From positions 1 to 56,465 of IMG/VR virus record IMGVR_UViG_3300032093_012241: a DNA stretch of 56,465 nt. One strand, 5' to 3'. The notes under the pieces are model-generated. The model was given only the letters and a program-made list of their open reading frames with translations. It made no database searches and was not told the DNA's origin. Positions 1 through 9,835 of this stretch are shown here, piece by piece. This DNA comes from a virus (lineage: Duplodnaviria; Caudoviricetes). The position numbers were made by a program, and so were the translations under genes. Within the stretch, counting starts at the first letter, position 1, and each line of letters starts with the position of its first letter.

Positions 1-368
1 TCTGATGTAAAAATATAAAAACGATTTGGTGTATTTGGTCTTTCAACAATTATTGCCGATTGTGTTGATGAAGTATTACCGTTCAATGACGTTCCCATTG
101 CGGCATTTCCGTTTGGCATCGGTAAATTTTGTGATGTCCAAACTGTCCTTCCGTCTGTATAAAATAACAAACCTCCACTTGAATTTGATATTGACGCAAC
201 TCCTTCTGTGGTAACCAATTGTCCTGTGAGTATAGGAACCGGTACGCCAGAATTAAATGTGATTGCGGCTCTATTTCCGAAAAACCAATTTGTGGTAGGT
301 CCTGGTATTTGTGATAAGATATTTAAACTGAATAGTAAAAATAAAACATTAAATACCGTTTTTTTCAT
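1..368 (-). CDS. Secreted Bacteroidota-type surface protein, N-terminal part (runs off the window; not in ORF track)
   Basis: ATG at 368 overlaps the glutaredoxin stop (TAATG). Manual translation MKKTVFNVLFLLFSLNILSQIPGPTTNWFFGNRAAITF...TTEGVASISNSSGGLLFYTDGRTVW...SSTQSAIIVERP...FYIFTS: signal peptide followed by Gln, and motifs typical of the N-termini of T9SS-secreted proteins. Confidence 0.8.
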   Translation of the reverse strand, partial: MKKTVFNVLFLLFSLNILSQIPGPTTNWFFGNRAAITFNSGVPVPILTGQLVTTEGVASISNSSGGLLFYTDGRTVWTSQNLPMPNGNAAMGTSLNGNTSSTQSAIIVERPNTPNRFYIFTS

Positions 369-652
369 TAGATTGAAAAATGTTCTTTGATTATGGTCAG
401 ACCTTCCTCAATTTCGTTGAAATCTCTTTCAGGTGCAAATAAATGTGTGTAAGGATTTTCTTCGGGTGATTCTATAATCATAAAAGCAGGCACAAAGTCG
501 TTTTGAGTAATCTCTTTAAACATATCATACTCTTGCTCATAAACATTGATATCTCTCTCATGAAATTCTATTTGTTCCTCATTTAATCTGTCTTTCATAA
601 TTTGACAGAAAGGGCACCCTTCCATAGTAAATAAAATAAGTAATTTATCCAT
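368..652 (-). CDS. Glutaredoxin-like protein
   Basis: LFTMEGCPFC active site, VP motif, 94 aa. Confidence 0.85.
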   Translation of the reverse strand: MDKLLILFTMEGCPFCQIMKDRLNEEQIEFHERDINVYEQEYDMFKEITQNDFVPAFMIIESPEENPYTHLFAPERDFNEIEEGLTIIKEHFSI

Positions 653-971
653 TAACCAATGTTTCTATAAGTTTATTGATCTGACCTTCATCTATCATAC
701 CAACAGATGTATTAACCTCTTTACCGTCACTAAAACTTTTTATTGTCGGTACACCCCTTAGTCCGAGTTCCACTGCCAATTCTCTATTTTTATCTACATC
801 CATAGTGTAAAGTTTAACCGATGAATTTTCATCTATAAGTTTTTTAGCTACTTTTTCAAAAGTTGGTTTCATTACTTTACAAGGACCACACCACAAAGCA
901 TGGAAATCAATCAATAATTTATCTCCGTTTTGAATTTTTTGTTTTAATTCTTCTTGTGTTATTTCAATCAT
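645..971 (-). CDS. trxA: Thioredoxin
   Basis: DFHALWCGPCK and GVPT motifs, 108 aa. Confidence 0.95.
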   Translation of the reverse strand: MIEITQEELKQKIQNGDKLLIDFHALWCGPCKVMKPTFEKVAKKLIDENSSVKLYTMDVDKNRELAVELGLRGVPTIKSFSDGKEVNTSVGMIDEGQINKLIETLVNG

Positions 972-1309
972 TTTGTATTAATTATTCTGTTTATTTGAAA
1001 TATTATATCATTAACCTTTTTTGATTTTGAATAATATATTTTTAATGCATAAATATTTTCTTTAGTTTTTTTGGAGAAATACATAAAAAACCCCTCCTTC
1101 ATTTTAATTATCAGTTCATTTATATCAGAAATTTTTTGTTGTTGATCATAAACGCTATCACAATATACTATTTCATCAATAAAATTATTTTTAATTTCTA
1201 AAAATAAATTAGGATCAAAGTTATATTCAATACCAAAATAGGTCAATACACTCAAAATTTGATTTTGACTTTCTAAGAAGGGTTTTTCTATTTTGAAAAT
1301 TTCATTCAT
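968..1309 (-). CDS. Hypothetical protein
   Basis: 113 aa ORF tightly coupled to its neighbours. Confidence 0.6.
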   Translation of the reverse strand: MNEIFKIEKPFLESQNQILSVLTYFGIEYNFDPNLFLEIKNNFIDEIVYCDSVYDQQQKISDINELIIKMKEGFFMYFSKKTKENIYALKIYYSKSKKVNDIIFQINRIINTK

Positions 1310-1311
1310 AA

Positions 1312-2949
1312 TTATATCGGCAAATCCATAATTTCTTCGTTTTCGGAATATTCACAATCCCAAACTACGAATCCTTTTTTGTTAAAAACGGCTTTACTAT
1401 AAGTATTCTTTCCGTTCTTAAATTTAACAATCATTTCAGGTAAGGTAAATACGTTTGATGAACCCAAAATTTTCATTCTATCATCAAGTTTTTGAAGAGC
1501 ATAATTCCATTGGTCGGGTAATTCGTGGTTAAATCTTCCTAATGATTGAATATTTTTTAAAATAACCTTGTTTGACTTTTTACTACAATTGTATTCAATA
1601 GTAGCCCTTTCTTTTGATGATGGGTCTCCTTTTCTTAAAGAAATTATAACCGACGAAGCTTTATCTGAATAACCTCTAACACAATTACTTTGAACTGCTG
1701 ATTCTTGATTATATTCCTCAGTTGTTGTCAATATTATGGGGTAATAGTTTTCTTTATCAAAAATGGGGATTTGCACTCTATTGACAAAATCTTGATTATA
1801 AAATCTATAAACAAACCCATTTTTGTATGATTGTAAAATTGAGGAAAAACTAGCGTGTTCCTCTGTAAAATCATTTTCAGTTTTAGCCCTCAGTTTTACA
1901 TTTTCACCAAATTCCTTTAATTTGATAATGAAGTTCAAATGTTCAAGTAACGAACCATAATGAATATCACCATTTGCCGATGATATAAATAATTTCCAAA
2001 AATTGGAGATTTCTTGTTTAGACAAGTTACATTTGTTAAAATAATCAATAAAATAATTATAAGAAAGGTCATAATGTTTATCAAAATTTATAATTTTGAT
2101 TACCTCACTTGTATTTTGATTTTTTATAAACTCGGGTCCGAAACATTTAACCGCAGATTCAAGTGCTTTACCATTAATATTAGTCAATTGATGGAAAATT
2201 TTTCTAAATTTATCACCATTTAAACCATAAAATGATTGTAAAGCCTCTATATATTTGAAATCATATTTTCTTAATAATTTTTTACTTGGTGTTGGATAAA
2301 TATTGTGGAATATCCTCCAATTATCAGGTAGCTTAACTCCTATGGAGTCAGATCTTAATTTAAATATTTTTTCATTGGGATTCAAATTATCATCAATGTT
2401 AGAATTTGGTATGTTTTTAAAAAATATTTTTATTATGTGTTTGGTAATCTGATCTATATTTTCTTTTTGATTTGGGAACAATACTGATTTTATATAATCT
2501 ATAACTATTTGCATGGGTTCCCTCCAAAACTGATTTCTGAAAAGTTTTTTTTGGAATTTCCTCTTTTTATGATAGTTTGTGATTGTACCGTGATATAAAT
2601 CGTGTGTTTTAAAATTATAAGTTAGAAATGTTAGATTTGTTGATAATTCAAAATAAGGATTACCTACTTTTCTTAGAGTCCTATTATAAAAAATTTTAAT
2701 TGATATTTTATTGGTTTCTTTTTCAACTACAATGAGTTTATTCATCCTAAGTAATGAACATAATGGATTCCCATAATTTTTTTCAAAATCACTCTCAAGT
2801 TCTGAATTATGTGATATCTCAAAACCTTTATAGTTATTATAATATAAATTTTGTTTATTGGGCGATATTAATTCGCAACTGGTTTTGAAAAAAGTTACAA
2901 AATATTTTTTTGATTCGTAACGAAATAACTCTTCTCTATTTTTTTTCAT
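1312..2949 (-). CDS. PcfJ-like domain protein
   Basis: C-terminal ESAVQSNCVRGY...IISLRK...RATIEY...IQSLGRFN pattern resembles phage PcfJ domains. Confidence 0.7.
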   Translation of the reverse strand: MKKNREELFRYESKKYFVTFFKTSCELISPNKQNLYYNNYKGFEISHNSELESDFEKNYGNPLCSLLRMNKLIVVEKETNKISIKIFYNRTLRKVGNPYFELSTNLTFLTYNFKTHDLYHGTITNYHKKRKFQKKLFRNQFWREPMQIVIDYIKSVLFPNQKENIDQITKHIIKIFFKNIPNSNIDDNLNPNEKIFKLRSDSIGVKLPDNWRIFHNIYPTPSKKLLRKYDFKYIEALQSFYGLNGDKFRKIFHQLTNINGKALESAVKCFGPEFIKNQNTSEVIKIINFDKHYDLSYNYFIDYFNKCNLSKQEISNFWKLFISSANGDIHYGSLLEHLNFIIKLKEFGENVKLRAKTENDFTEEHASFSSILQSYKNGFVYRFYNQDFVNRVQIPIFDKENYYPIILTTTEEYNQESAVQSNCVRGYSDKASSVIISLRKGDPSSKERATIEYNCSKKSNKVILKNIQSLGRFNHELPDQWNYALQKLDDRMKILGSSNVFTLPEMIVKFKNGKNTYSKAVFNKKGFVVWDCEYSENEEIMDLPI

Positions 2950-2959
2950 AAAAAGGAAT

Positions 2960-2967
2960 CAAATATA
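2960..2967 (-). promoter_or_regulatory. Bacteroidota-type -7 promoter element TAnnTTTG
   Basis: Minus strand TATATTTG, 10 nt before the ATG at 2949. Confidence 0.55.
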
Positions 2968-3006
2968 TATCCCTTAATAATAACATTAATTATTTAAAAA
3001 AACAAA

Positions 3007-3300
3007 TCAATTAAGGCCAATCAGACCAAATTTCGTTGATTGAAATACCTTATCAACAATAACCACCATTTTTGAATTTTTCACATCAACTTTCTTTAAT
3101 TTAATAACAATATCAATAATCTGATCTTGTGTTAGTGTGACATCATCTCCTTGAGATTTATTTTTTTCACACTGACTTTTTACCAAATCATAAAATTCTT
3201 GCTTATTCAAATCTCCAATAAGATCTATTAAGTCATTCGGATTTGTTTCAAAAAAATTAATGAATTGACTCATATAGATTTCAACATCAATATTACTCAT
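3007..3300 (-). CDS. Hypothetical protein
   Basis: 97 aa ORF starting 2 nt after the upstream stop. Confidence 0.7.
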   Translation of the reverse strand: MSNIDVEIYMSQFINFFETNPNDLIDLIGDLNKQEFYDLVKSQCEKNKSQGDDVTLTQDQIIDIVIKLKKVDVKNSKMVVIVDKVFQSTKFGLIGLN

Positions 3301-3302
3301 GA

Positions 3303-4676
3303 TTAGTGGGCATTATGTACGTAAAATTGCGAAGCATGTGACTCTGTATCAAATTGATCTTGGACATCTTTTGGTAATGTTTCAAATAATTTTGGATTAC
3401 CTCCCATTAAATTCAAAACAACTAAACTATCCAATTTACCTATTGATGCGGGTAATGATTTCAAACTTTTATTATTTGATAAAACCAACATAAATAAGTT
3501 TTTCAAGTTACCAATTTCATCGGGTAATGTTTTCACAATATTATCCAATTGTAACATTGTAAGATTTTTGAATTTTCCAATAGTTGCTGGTATATCATAG
3601 GCAATATTTTCATTTGATTTATTTGTAAATGAAAACTCGACTATATTATCAGGTAAATTTTGAATGAGTTCTTCAAATCCATATAAGGCGATATATTTTC
3701 CTGCAGTACTATTAGGGTAAACCACATCAACTTTATCACCACCTTTTGATGCCAATCCTTGTGCGAACTCAGGTTTGAAATATTCTTTTAGTTCAGATCC
3801 TTTTGTATTTAAAAATTCAACCAAATTAATAGATGAATCCAACCTATCCATAAATTGATCGGATTGAAAATGAAATTGGTATCTTTCTTGAGGTAACCCA
3901 GTTCTTGATCCTACACTGCCACCATCATTATTTGCTAAAATAACATAAAGAGGTCCGTCTTTGATATAACCTTTAAAATAATTAGAATTAGGTGGTGATG
4001 TACACCATCTTGATTCACCGTTTTTAAAATCATAATACCCACCATACCAAGATGCGGCTTCTTGTCCTAACTCATCAGATCTTTCTATTTTTACAATAGT
4101 ATAATCATTACCGACAAAATCTATTTTTGCCCCCGGATGTTTAAAACCTTCTCTTTCTTTTCTAATTTCTTTTTTTACTTCTGATTTTTTTAATTTTTGC
4201 TTAATCTTTTCTGGTAATTGAAAATTATTGATAAATGCAAAAAGACTAGACGGGGTGAATTTGTTTATATCGCGGTTCTCTATAGGAAAATATTGTTTGT
4301 ATTTCGTAAAATAAGTTAAATCATCTGTAAGTTTAAAAAGGTCTTCCATGAAAAGTTCTCTTGCCCTTCCAATATTTCCACCTTCATCTACTTGTGGGTT
4401 TTCAAAGTTTTTTAACATCCAATTTACATATTGGCCAGGTTGAACCTTTTTAAGATTTTCCAAACTTAAATCACTTGTGTCAAAATCACCTTGTGGTTTT
4501 TTAGTTGTTGGATCTGCAAATATAATTTGTGCTAAAGTATCCAAACCCATCAATGATGTTGGAGTACGTCCTGATTTATCTTTTTTTGGTTTCGCGTATT
4601 TGTCAATCAATACATCTAATCTAGTACTTTCCGAAAGTATTGTCTTTAATAAATTATTTAGTCTTATATTTTTCAT
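3303..4676 (-). CDS. Leucine-rich repeat protein with central WCTS domain (paralog 1)
   Basis: LPDEIGNLKNLFMLVLSNNKSLKSLPASIGKLDSLVVLNL repeats; RWCTSPPNSNYFKGYIKDGPLYVI domain. Confidence 0.85.
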   Translation of the reverse strand: MKNIRLNNLLKTILSESTRLDVLIDKYAKPKKDKSGRTPTSLMGLDTLAQIIFADPTTKKPQGDFDTSDLSLENLKKVQPGQYVNWMLKNFENPQVDEGGNIGRARELFMEDLFKLTDDLTYFTKYKQYFPIENRDINKFTPSSLFAFINNFQLPEKIKQKLKKSEVKKEIRKEREGFKHPGAKIDFVGNDYTIVKIERSDELGQEAASWYGGYYDFKNGESRWCTSPPNSNYFKGYIKDGPLYVILANNDGGSVGSRTGLPQERYQFHFQSDQFMDRLDSSINLVEFLNTKGSELKEYFKPEFAQGLASKGGDKVDVVYPNSTAGKYIALYGFEELIQNLPDNIVEFSFTNKSNENIAYDIPATIGKFKNLTMLQLDNIVKTLPDEIGNLKNLFMLVLSNNKSLKSLPASIGKLDSLVVLNLMGGNPKLFETLPKDVQDQFDTESHASQFYVHNAH

Positions 4677-4680
4677 CTTG

Positions 4681-4688
4681 CAAAGTTA
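4681..4688 (-). promoter_or_regulatory. Bacteroidota-type -7 promoter element
   Basis: Minus strand TAACTTTG, 4 nt before the ATG at 4676. Confidence 0.5.
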
Positions 4689-4695
4689 ATAAAAA

Positions 4696-6519
4696 TTAAT
4701 CAAATTTTATTCTGTAGAAAAAATTATCCCCCATATCTTCAAAATAGTCATAAAACCCTGCTGGGGGTTCAAAATCATTAGGCGCATTTCTTAAAATCAC
4801 CATATCCAAATTAGACATTTTCAAAACAGATGGTGGTAAAGTTTTAAGTTCCTGATTATTTTTCAGATTTAGAACAGTTAAATTTTTCAAATTATCTAAA
4901 TTTTCAGGTAAAGATGAAACAATATTCTCTAATACCAATGTTTCCAAATTGGTGAATTTTTGTGCAAAACTGCTTGGTAAATCATATTGTGGATAGTTCT
5001 TCTCTGAAGATATCAATTCAAAAAATCTAATATCATTTGATAAATTTTTAATTAATTCGTCAAAACCATAAAGGGCGATATACTTTCCTTCCTTTTGAGA
5101 AGGAATTTTTATTGTAACACTTTCACCTGATTGAAAATCTGTTGCGAACTTAACTTTCATTTCATCTTTTAATTTTGACATGCCAGGTAAATTAAGTATT
5201 GCGATATCAGAGTCAGATAATTGACTTAATGATTTTGTCTTTATAGTGTCAATTTTTTTACTAATGTAGTATTTTTTGGTCTCTGGATCAGCAACCGCAA
5301 TCATACCCGCAGTTAATTCATGTCCTAACGCTATATATTTTTTTCTTAAATTAACCGTCAGATTTTCAAATTGTTTATCTTCCAATCTTGGTGACCTTAT
5401 TTCAAGCCAAAGTTCAGCCATCTTCTCGTTACCCAAACTTTCTATCGGATTATCACCAACAGACGTATTTTTTACCTTTTTAATTAGATCTAGCTCTTCA
5501 CTTGTAAGTGGTTTTGGTTTAAATAAATTTTTAAGATTTTTTAACTTAGGTATTTTTTTTGTTATTTCATCCCAAGGTATATTTTGATGTCCAGAATATC
5601 TTCCTGAGTTTGAACCATCTGCTAATGACATATCTCCATCTGGGTCAACCAAAACAACAACCGCAAAATTTAAATCCGAAAAATCTTTATCTTGATCTAT
5701 AACGTAATATAAAGTCCTTTTGTTGTCTAATCTATAATTATAAAATAAGTTTGAACCTCCTTCACGGGACGTACACCAACTACGACCATTTTTAAGTCTA
5801 ATACATTGATCCCTTGTTTTTGGTTGGAAGATCATCAAATTATTTTCATTATAAACAACCTCAATGTCTTCAGTTGATGACTTTTCTTGATTCATTATAC
5901 CTTTGTTCATTCCATCAATATAATGTTCAAAATCCGCAAAACTTAATTCTGTCGGAGGTGGCATTGTCGTATATAATTCATCAAAATTGTCAATATACGC
6001 ACTTACATAATATTCTATTATGTCATCTGTTATATTTGTATTTTCTTTTTTAAACCTATCAATCAAAATTTCTCTAATATACTTAGGGTAAAGTTGATTT
6101 ATTAGTTTATAAAAATCTAAGAACTTATAGTTGGATGGGTCTTTTGCTTTACCAAATTTGGATTGTATTTCCAAAAATTTTCTAACCGCCTTTGCTAACT
6201 CAGTTCTTTCAAGTTTTTCTTCTTTCTTTTTGAAAGAATTGAAAAGATCTTTTTCTTTTTTCTGAAATCTTTTAGTTTCAATTAGTTTTTTTAAATCATA
6301 ATAATTGTAAGCTCCCAAATCTCTTTTATCTGCAGGCAATCCGTTTTTATATTTTTCAAATTCATCAATATACTCTGCGATTTTTTCAGTAGAATCAGTT
6401 GTTTGTTCTTTGAATTTAGCGACTAAGGTCGTTTTTAATTTATTAGATATTTCTAATATAACTGATTTTGGAGTTGATTTTTCAGTAATTACTGAAGATA
6501 AAACTTTAACTAATCTCAT
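4696..6519 (-). CDS. Leucine-rich repeat protein with central WCTS domain (paralog 2)
   Basis: LPENLDNLKNLTVLNLKNNQELKTLPPSVLKMSNL repeats; SWCTSREGGSNLFYNYRL...LYYVI; shares GKYIALYGF(D/E)ELI with paralog 1. Confidence 0.85.
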   Translation of the reverse strand: MRLVKVLSSVITEKSTPKSVILEISNKLKTTLVAKFKEQTTDSTEKIAEYIDEFEKYKNGLPADKRDLGAYNYYDLKKLIETKRFQKKEKDLFNSFKKKEEKLERTELAKAVRKFLEIQSKFGKAKDPSNYKFLDFYKLINQLYPKYIREILIDRFKKENTNITDDIIEYYVSAYIDNFDELYTTMPPPTELSFADFEHYIDGMNKGIMNQEKSSTEDIEVVYNENNLMIFQPKTRDQCIRLKNGRSWCTSREGGSNLFYNYRLDNKRTLYYVIDQDKDFSDLNFAVVVLVDPDGDMSLADGSNSGRYSGHQNIPWDEITKKIPKLKNLKNLFKPKPLTSEELDLIKKVKNTSVGDNPIESLGNEKMAELWLEIRSPRLEDKQFENLTVNLRKKYIALGHELTAGMIAVADPETKKYYISKKIDTIKTKSLSQLSDSDIAILNLPGMSKLKDEMKVKFATDFQSGESVTIKIPSQKEGKYIALYGFDELIKNLSNDIRFFELISSEKNYPQYDLPSSFAQKFTNLETLVLENIVSSLPENLDNLKNLTVLNLKNNQELKTLPPSVLKMSNLDMVILRNAPNDFEPPAGFYDYFEDMGDNFFYRIKFD

Positions 6520-6538
6520 TTTAATTTTGTTTTTGTTA

Positions 6539-6545
6539 ATAAATA
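6539..6545 (-). promoter_or_regulatory. TATTTAT box (putative late promoter)
   Basis: 19 nt upstream of the ATG at 6519; recurrent motif in this window. Confidence 0.6.
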
Positions 6546-6564
6546 CTTATTAAACCGAAAAAAA

Positions 6565-7410
6565 TTAATAATTCATTATTAAAAGTTCCTCACCAATTGA
6601 TTGTTTGCCTCCTTTTTTTGCTCCTGCGGCTTTTGCAAATGACTTTGACTCCCAATGGTATTTGTCTTTTGGAAACCATTCCTCTAACTGTGGAAAATAA
6701 TAATATGACATAGAGAACTTCCCTTTCATAGATTTTAAGGTTTTTGCCAATCTTTCGTGATCCTTTAGTCCGAAGTCGTGATTAGAGTAATAATCCTCTG
6801 TTTTATAGTAAGGAGCGTCAACATAGACATAAAATTGTTCGTTATCATATTTTTTTATAAACTCTTCAAAATCCATATTTTCAACAACTTGAATTTTCTT
6901 AAACTTCTCAACCCATAAAGGATTTTTTAGTTTATCTCTGAATGTGAGATACTTAGATTTATATTTTCCTTTAAGGTCTATATATGAACTCTTTTCGGGT
7001 TTGCTTCCCGAGAATACTTGTGTTAATATGTAAGCGTACTGTGCTGCTATTTCATAATCAGGTTCTTCTGATACTTTGAACTCGTGATCAAATAACTTTG
7101 TTTGAAACGTAATGAACAAATCTTTATATTGAGTCGGTGTTGATGTCTGACCTTTTTGCTGACAAGGTATTTTCTCTATTTCAATCAATAGTTGTTCGGG
7201 GTTTTTAATACACCTGAAGAAATTTGCATTTAAAGGGTTAAAATCGTTATATATAACATTGGTTAATTCTGTGAACTCTTTGAGGTTCATATTGAAATAA
7301 CACCAAAACATTCCACCAAAACACTCGGAATATGTTTTAATGTCTTTAGGATAGTAGGGTACAATCCATTTACCGATCTTTGATTTGCCACCGATGTAAC
7401 TTAAAGCCAT
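6565..7410 (-). CDS. D12-class (Dam-like) N6-adenine DNA methyltransferase
   Basis: YIGGKS, ECFGG, YNDFN, DAPYY and ELLIMNY motifs; likely start MALSY at 7410. Confidence 0.9.
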   Translation of the reverse strand: MALSYIGGKSKIGKWIVPYYPKDIKTYSECFGGMFWCYFNMNLKEFTELTNVIYNDFNPLNANFFRCIKNPEQLLIEIEKIPCQQKGQTSTPTQYKDLFITFQTKLFDHEFKVSEEPDYEIAAQYAYILTQVFSGSKPEKSSYIDLKGKYKSKYLTFRDKLKNPLWVEKFKKIQVVENMDFEEFIKKYDNEQFYVYVDAPYYKTEDYYSNHDFGLKDHERLAKTLKSMKGKFSMSYYYFPQLEEWFPKDKYHWESKSFAKAAGAKKGGKQSIGEELLIMNY

Positions 7411-7464
7411 ATATTTTTTTTGTTTAAATATAGCATTTAATGTATGGTTTATCAATATATGACA

Positions 7465-7590
7465 TTAAAAATATGACTTCTTTGACTTGTTTCGGTCATA
7501 AGTCTTGCCAGAAGGTTTGACCTTTTGTATCATTTTTCGACGAATGATCTGTGCTACGTGACGTTCTGACAATCCTTCAAAAGTTTTCAT
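7465..7590 (-). CDS. 41 aa basic small protein, ArfA-like (not in ORF track)
   Basis: ATG at 7590 to TAA at 7465: MKTFEGLSERHVAQIIRRKMIQKVKPSGKTYDRNKSKKSYF; fills the intergenic gap; preceded by both promoter motifs. Confidence 0.75.
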   Translation of the reverse strand: MKTFEGLSERHVAQIIRRKMIQKVKPSGKTYDRNKSKKSYF

Positions 7591-7623
7591 ATTTATAAAT
7601 ATTTCATTTTTTTTACAAAAGTA
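7589..7623 (-). promoter_or_regulatory. Dual promoter: TATTTAT box inside a 14-bp palindrome plus TACTTTTG -7 element
   Basis: ATATTTATAAATAT at 7589-7602; CAAAAGTA (plus strand) at 7616-7623. Confidence 0.55.
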
Positions 7624-7680
7624 TAAAAAATTATTTACCAAACAAAAAATGAAGTTATTTTTTATTAAAAATCAAAGACT

Positions 7681-7866
7681 TTGGAAACAATTTATGCTAA
7701 GGAGGTTATTACTGAAAACCCTCAAAAACCTTGTAACACTTGTAAAAAATCAAAATTAAACAAAAATATGACCGCAATCACAATTTTTGGAACATACATC
7801 TTATTTTCCGCAATATACGGAAATTATGTTATAATCAAAAATCTGATTGATTTTATTTTCGGGTAA
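7681..7866 (+). CDS. Small membrane protein with CxxC motif
   Basis: TTG start, CNTC, one hydrophobic helix. Confidence 0.55.
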   Translation: METIYAKEVITENPQKPCNTCKKSKLNKNMTAITIFGTYILFSAIYGNYVIIKNLIDFIFG

Positions 7867-8776
7867 ATTTTACATTAAGTTTTATAAATAAGTCACCCTG
7901 AGCCGGAACTTTAAATCCTTTCTGAGGCACCCTAAGAGGTTTTGATGTGTCAAATTCTTTTGGTAACTTAACAGATAATAATCCATCTGGGTGTGGAACC
8001 TCAAAACTTTCGGATTGCAAATTTTCATAATCAAAAAACTTATTATAAACCAAATTTTGATCGTGCTTTTCAAAGTTATCAGATGGTTGGACATTAAATC
8101 TGATAATTAGATTACCATAAGTTATTTCATCAAAATCACCCCTACCTTGGATCATTATCATCTGACCTGTATCAACTCCGTGTGGTATTTTGATTGCCAG
8201 TTCCTCCATCACCGGATTAACGCCATTACCATTACAAGAATGACATTTGTTTAAAAAAGTGAATCCTTTTCCTGAGCAAGCATCGCAATCAGTTTGCATT
8301 ATTTGCATAAACATCGCAGTTCCAACTCTTTTGGTTATTACACCACTACCACCACATTTATTGCAAGTTTGCCTTTCACCACCTTTTCCCGAACAAGTTT
8401 CACATTTATGATTTCTATTAAAGACAATATTTTTTCTTTCTGATTTGAATGAATCCAAAACGGTTATATTAACATCAATTAACTTTTCTGAGACCGGTCT
8501 TTGTCTTTGGCGATTTCTGTTAAACATATTCATAACCTCCTCCATAGAAGGTCCGCCCATATTAAATAATGGATTGTTTTTTTGATTATCGTATTGACTT
8601 CTTTTATTTTCATCTCCCAAAACACCATAAGCCTCGGCGATTTCCTTAAATTTTTCCTCAGAACCACCTTTATCGGGGTGATGTTCAACGGCAAGTTTCC
8701 TATATGCCTTTTTTATTTCCTCTTGTGTTGCTTTTTCACCAACGCCCAATGTTTCATAGTAGTTTCCCTTTGACAT
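7853..8776 (-). CDS. dnaJ: DnaJ chaperone (class A)
   Basis: J domain with HPD, four CxxCxGxG repeats, C-terminal GDLFI. Confidence 0.95.
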   Translation of the reverse strand: MSKGNYYETLGVGEKATQEEIKKAYRKLAVEHHPDKGGSEEKFKEIAEAYGVLGDENKRSQYDNQKNNPLFNMGGPSMEEVMNMFNRNRQRQRPVSEKLIDVNITVLDSFKSERKNIVFNRNHKCETCSGKGGERQTCNKCGGSGVITKRVGTAMFMQIMQTDCDACSGKGFTFLNKCHSCNGNGVNPVMEELAIKIPHGVDTGQMIMIQGRGDFDEITYGNLIIRFNVQPSDNFEKHDQNLVYNKFFDYENLQSESFEVPHPDGLLSVKLPKEFDTSKPLRVPQKGFKVPAQGDLFIKLNVKFTRK

Positions 8777-8815
8777 AACGATTTACTTAACAGTTTTGAA
8801 TAATATTTTTTTTCA

Positions 8816-9478
8816 ATGGAGTTTAATTATATTGTTGTCCTTTTCAAAAATAGGACCAAACAAAAAGTCCTCAAAAAATTTAAGACATTAGAAAGAGTTA
8901 ATCAATACTTTAAAAAATTAGAGATAAAATCACATAAGGTTGTTTTTGAAAAACAATATGAAAATGGTCTTAAATGTGATTTTCAACTTGGTCTATTAAA
9001 GTTCGGTAAAGGCGGAGTAAGCTCATTGTATATGCAAGATTATTTGGGTCGTAATGTAAAAATACAATTTGAAGACCCTGATTATGTACTATTAAAAATG
9101 GTTGAGTATAGGGTTGAAGAACTAATTTTTGATGTGGATAAGAAAAAGAGGATTTCTGTGGATCAGTTTGTTAAACAATATCTTGATAAGTCTGGTATGA
9201 AAATGGTATCAAAAATTAATAACAAAGTTATTTTGCAATATGAAGAAAAGTTTAAAATATTTTCTTTAAAGACCGACGATGATGCTCAAAGGTTTGTTGA
9301 CAATATGTCAGAAGATTTTGTAACAAAAGGTAGAATGGACTGTATTTTTGTTCAGGACTGGACCACAGAACAAAGAAAATATCTATATGATTTTTTAGAT
9401 AAAAATGGAATACCTAAGAAGATACTTTATCGTCACTCAACGACATTTCCTCTAAAACACCATCAAGAAGAAAAATAA
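8816..9478 (+). CDS. Hypothetical protein
   Basis: 220 aa ORF divergent from dnaJ. Confidence 0.75.
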   Translation: MEFNYIVVLFKNRTKQKVLKKFKTLERVNQYFKKLEIKSHKVVFEKQYENGLKCDFQLGLLKFGKGGVSSLYMQDYLGRNVKIQFEDPDYVLLKMVEYRVEELIFDVDKKKRISVDQFVKQYLDKSGMKMVSKINNKVILQYEEKFKIFSLKTDDDAQRFVDNMSEDFVTKGRMDCIFVQDWTTEQRKYLYDFLDKNGIPKKILYRHSTTFPLKHHQEEK

Positions 9479-9671
9479 ACTCGGTACCTGAAATATCAAT
9501 TTTAAATTTTTCACCAGTAGGTTCTTTTCTTAATTCTATTTGTAACTTTCTAAATTCAGTTACAGGTAATTCAAATATTACAGTCGCCCTACCATTAAAT
9601 AAATTTTGAGAAGCGTCGGCAATTAACGCCATTTTTTCTAAAATCCCAATGTTTTTACTATCTTCTGCCAT
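9414..9671 (-). CDS. Hypothetical protein
   Basis: 85 aa, coupled to neighbours; 3' end overlaps the convergent gene. Confidence 0.6.
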   Translation of the reverse strand: MAEDSKNIGILEKMALIADASQNLFNGRATVIFELPVTEFRKLQIELRKEPTGEKFKIDISGTEFIFLLDGVLEEMSLSDDKVSS

Positions 9672-9835
9672 AACGTAAGTTTTACCTCGTCTGAATTTGA
9701 TATTTCAGCTTTTCTAAATTTTCTTATTTCTTCTATAAATTTTTTCTTGTCTGCAAGAAGCTCCGCAGAATCTTTGAGTTTTTCTTTTTCAAGCCAATTT
9801 AATACTTTGGCTTTTTCATGGCTCTGTAAGTTCAT
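9638..9835 (-). CDS. Hypothetical protein
   Basis: 65 aa charged helical ORF in an overlapping chain. Confidence 0.6.
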   Translation of the reverse strand: MNLQSHEKAKVLNWLEKEKLKDSAELLADKKKFIEEIRKFRKAEISNSDEVKLTLWQKIVKTLGF

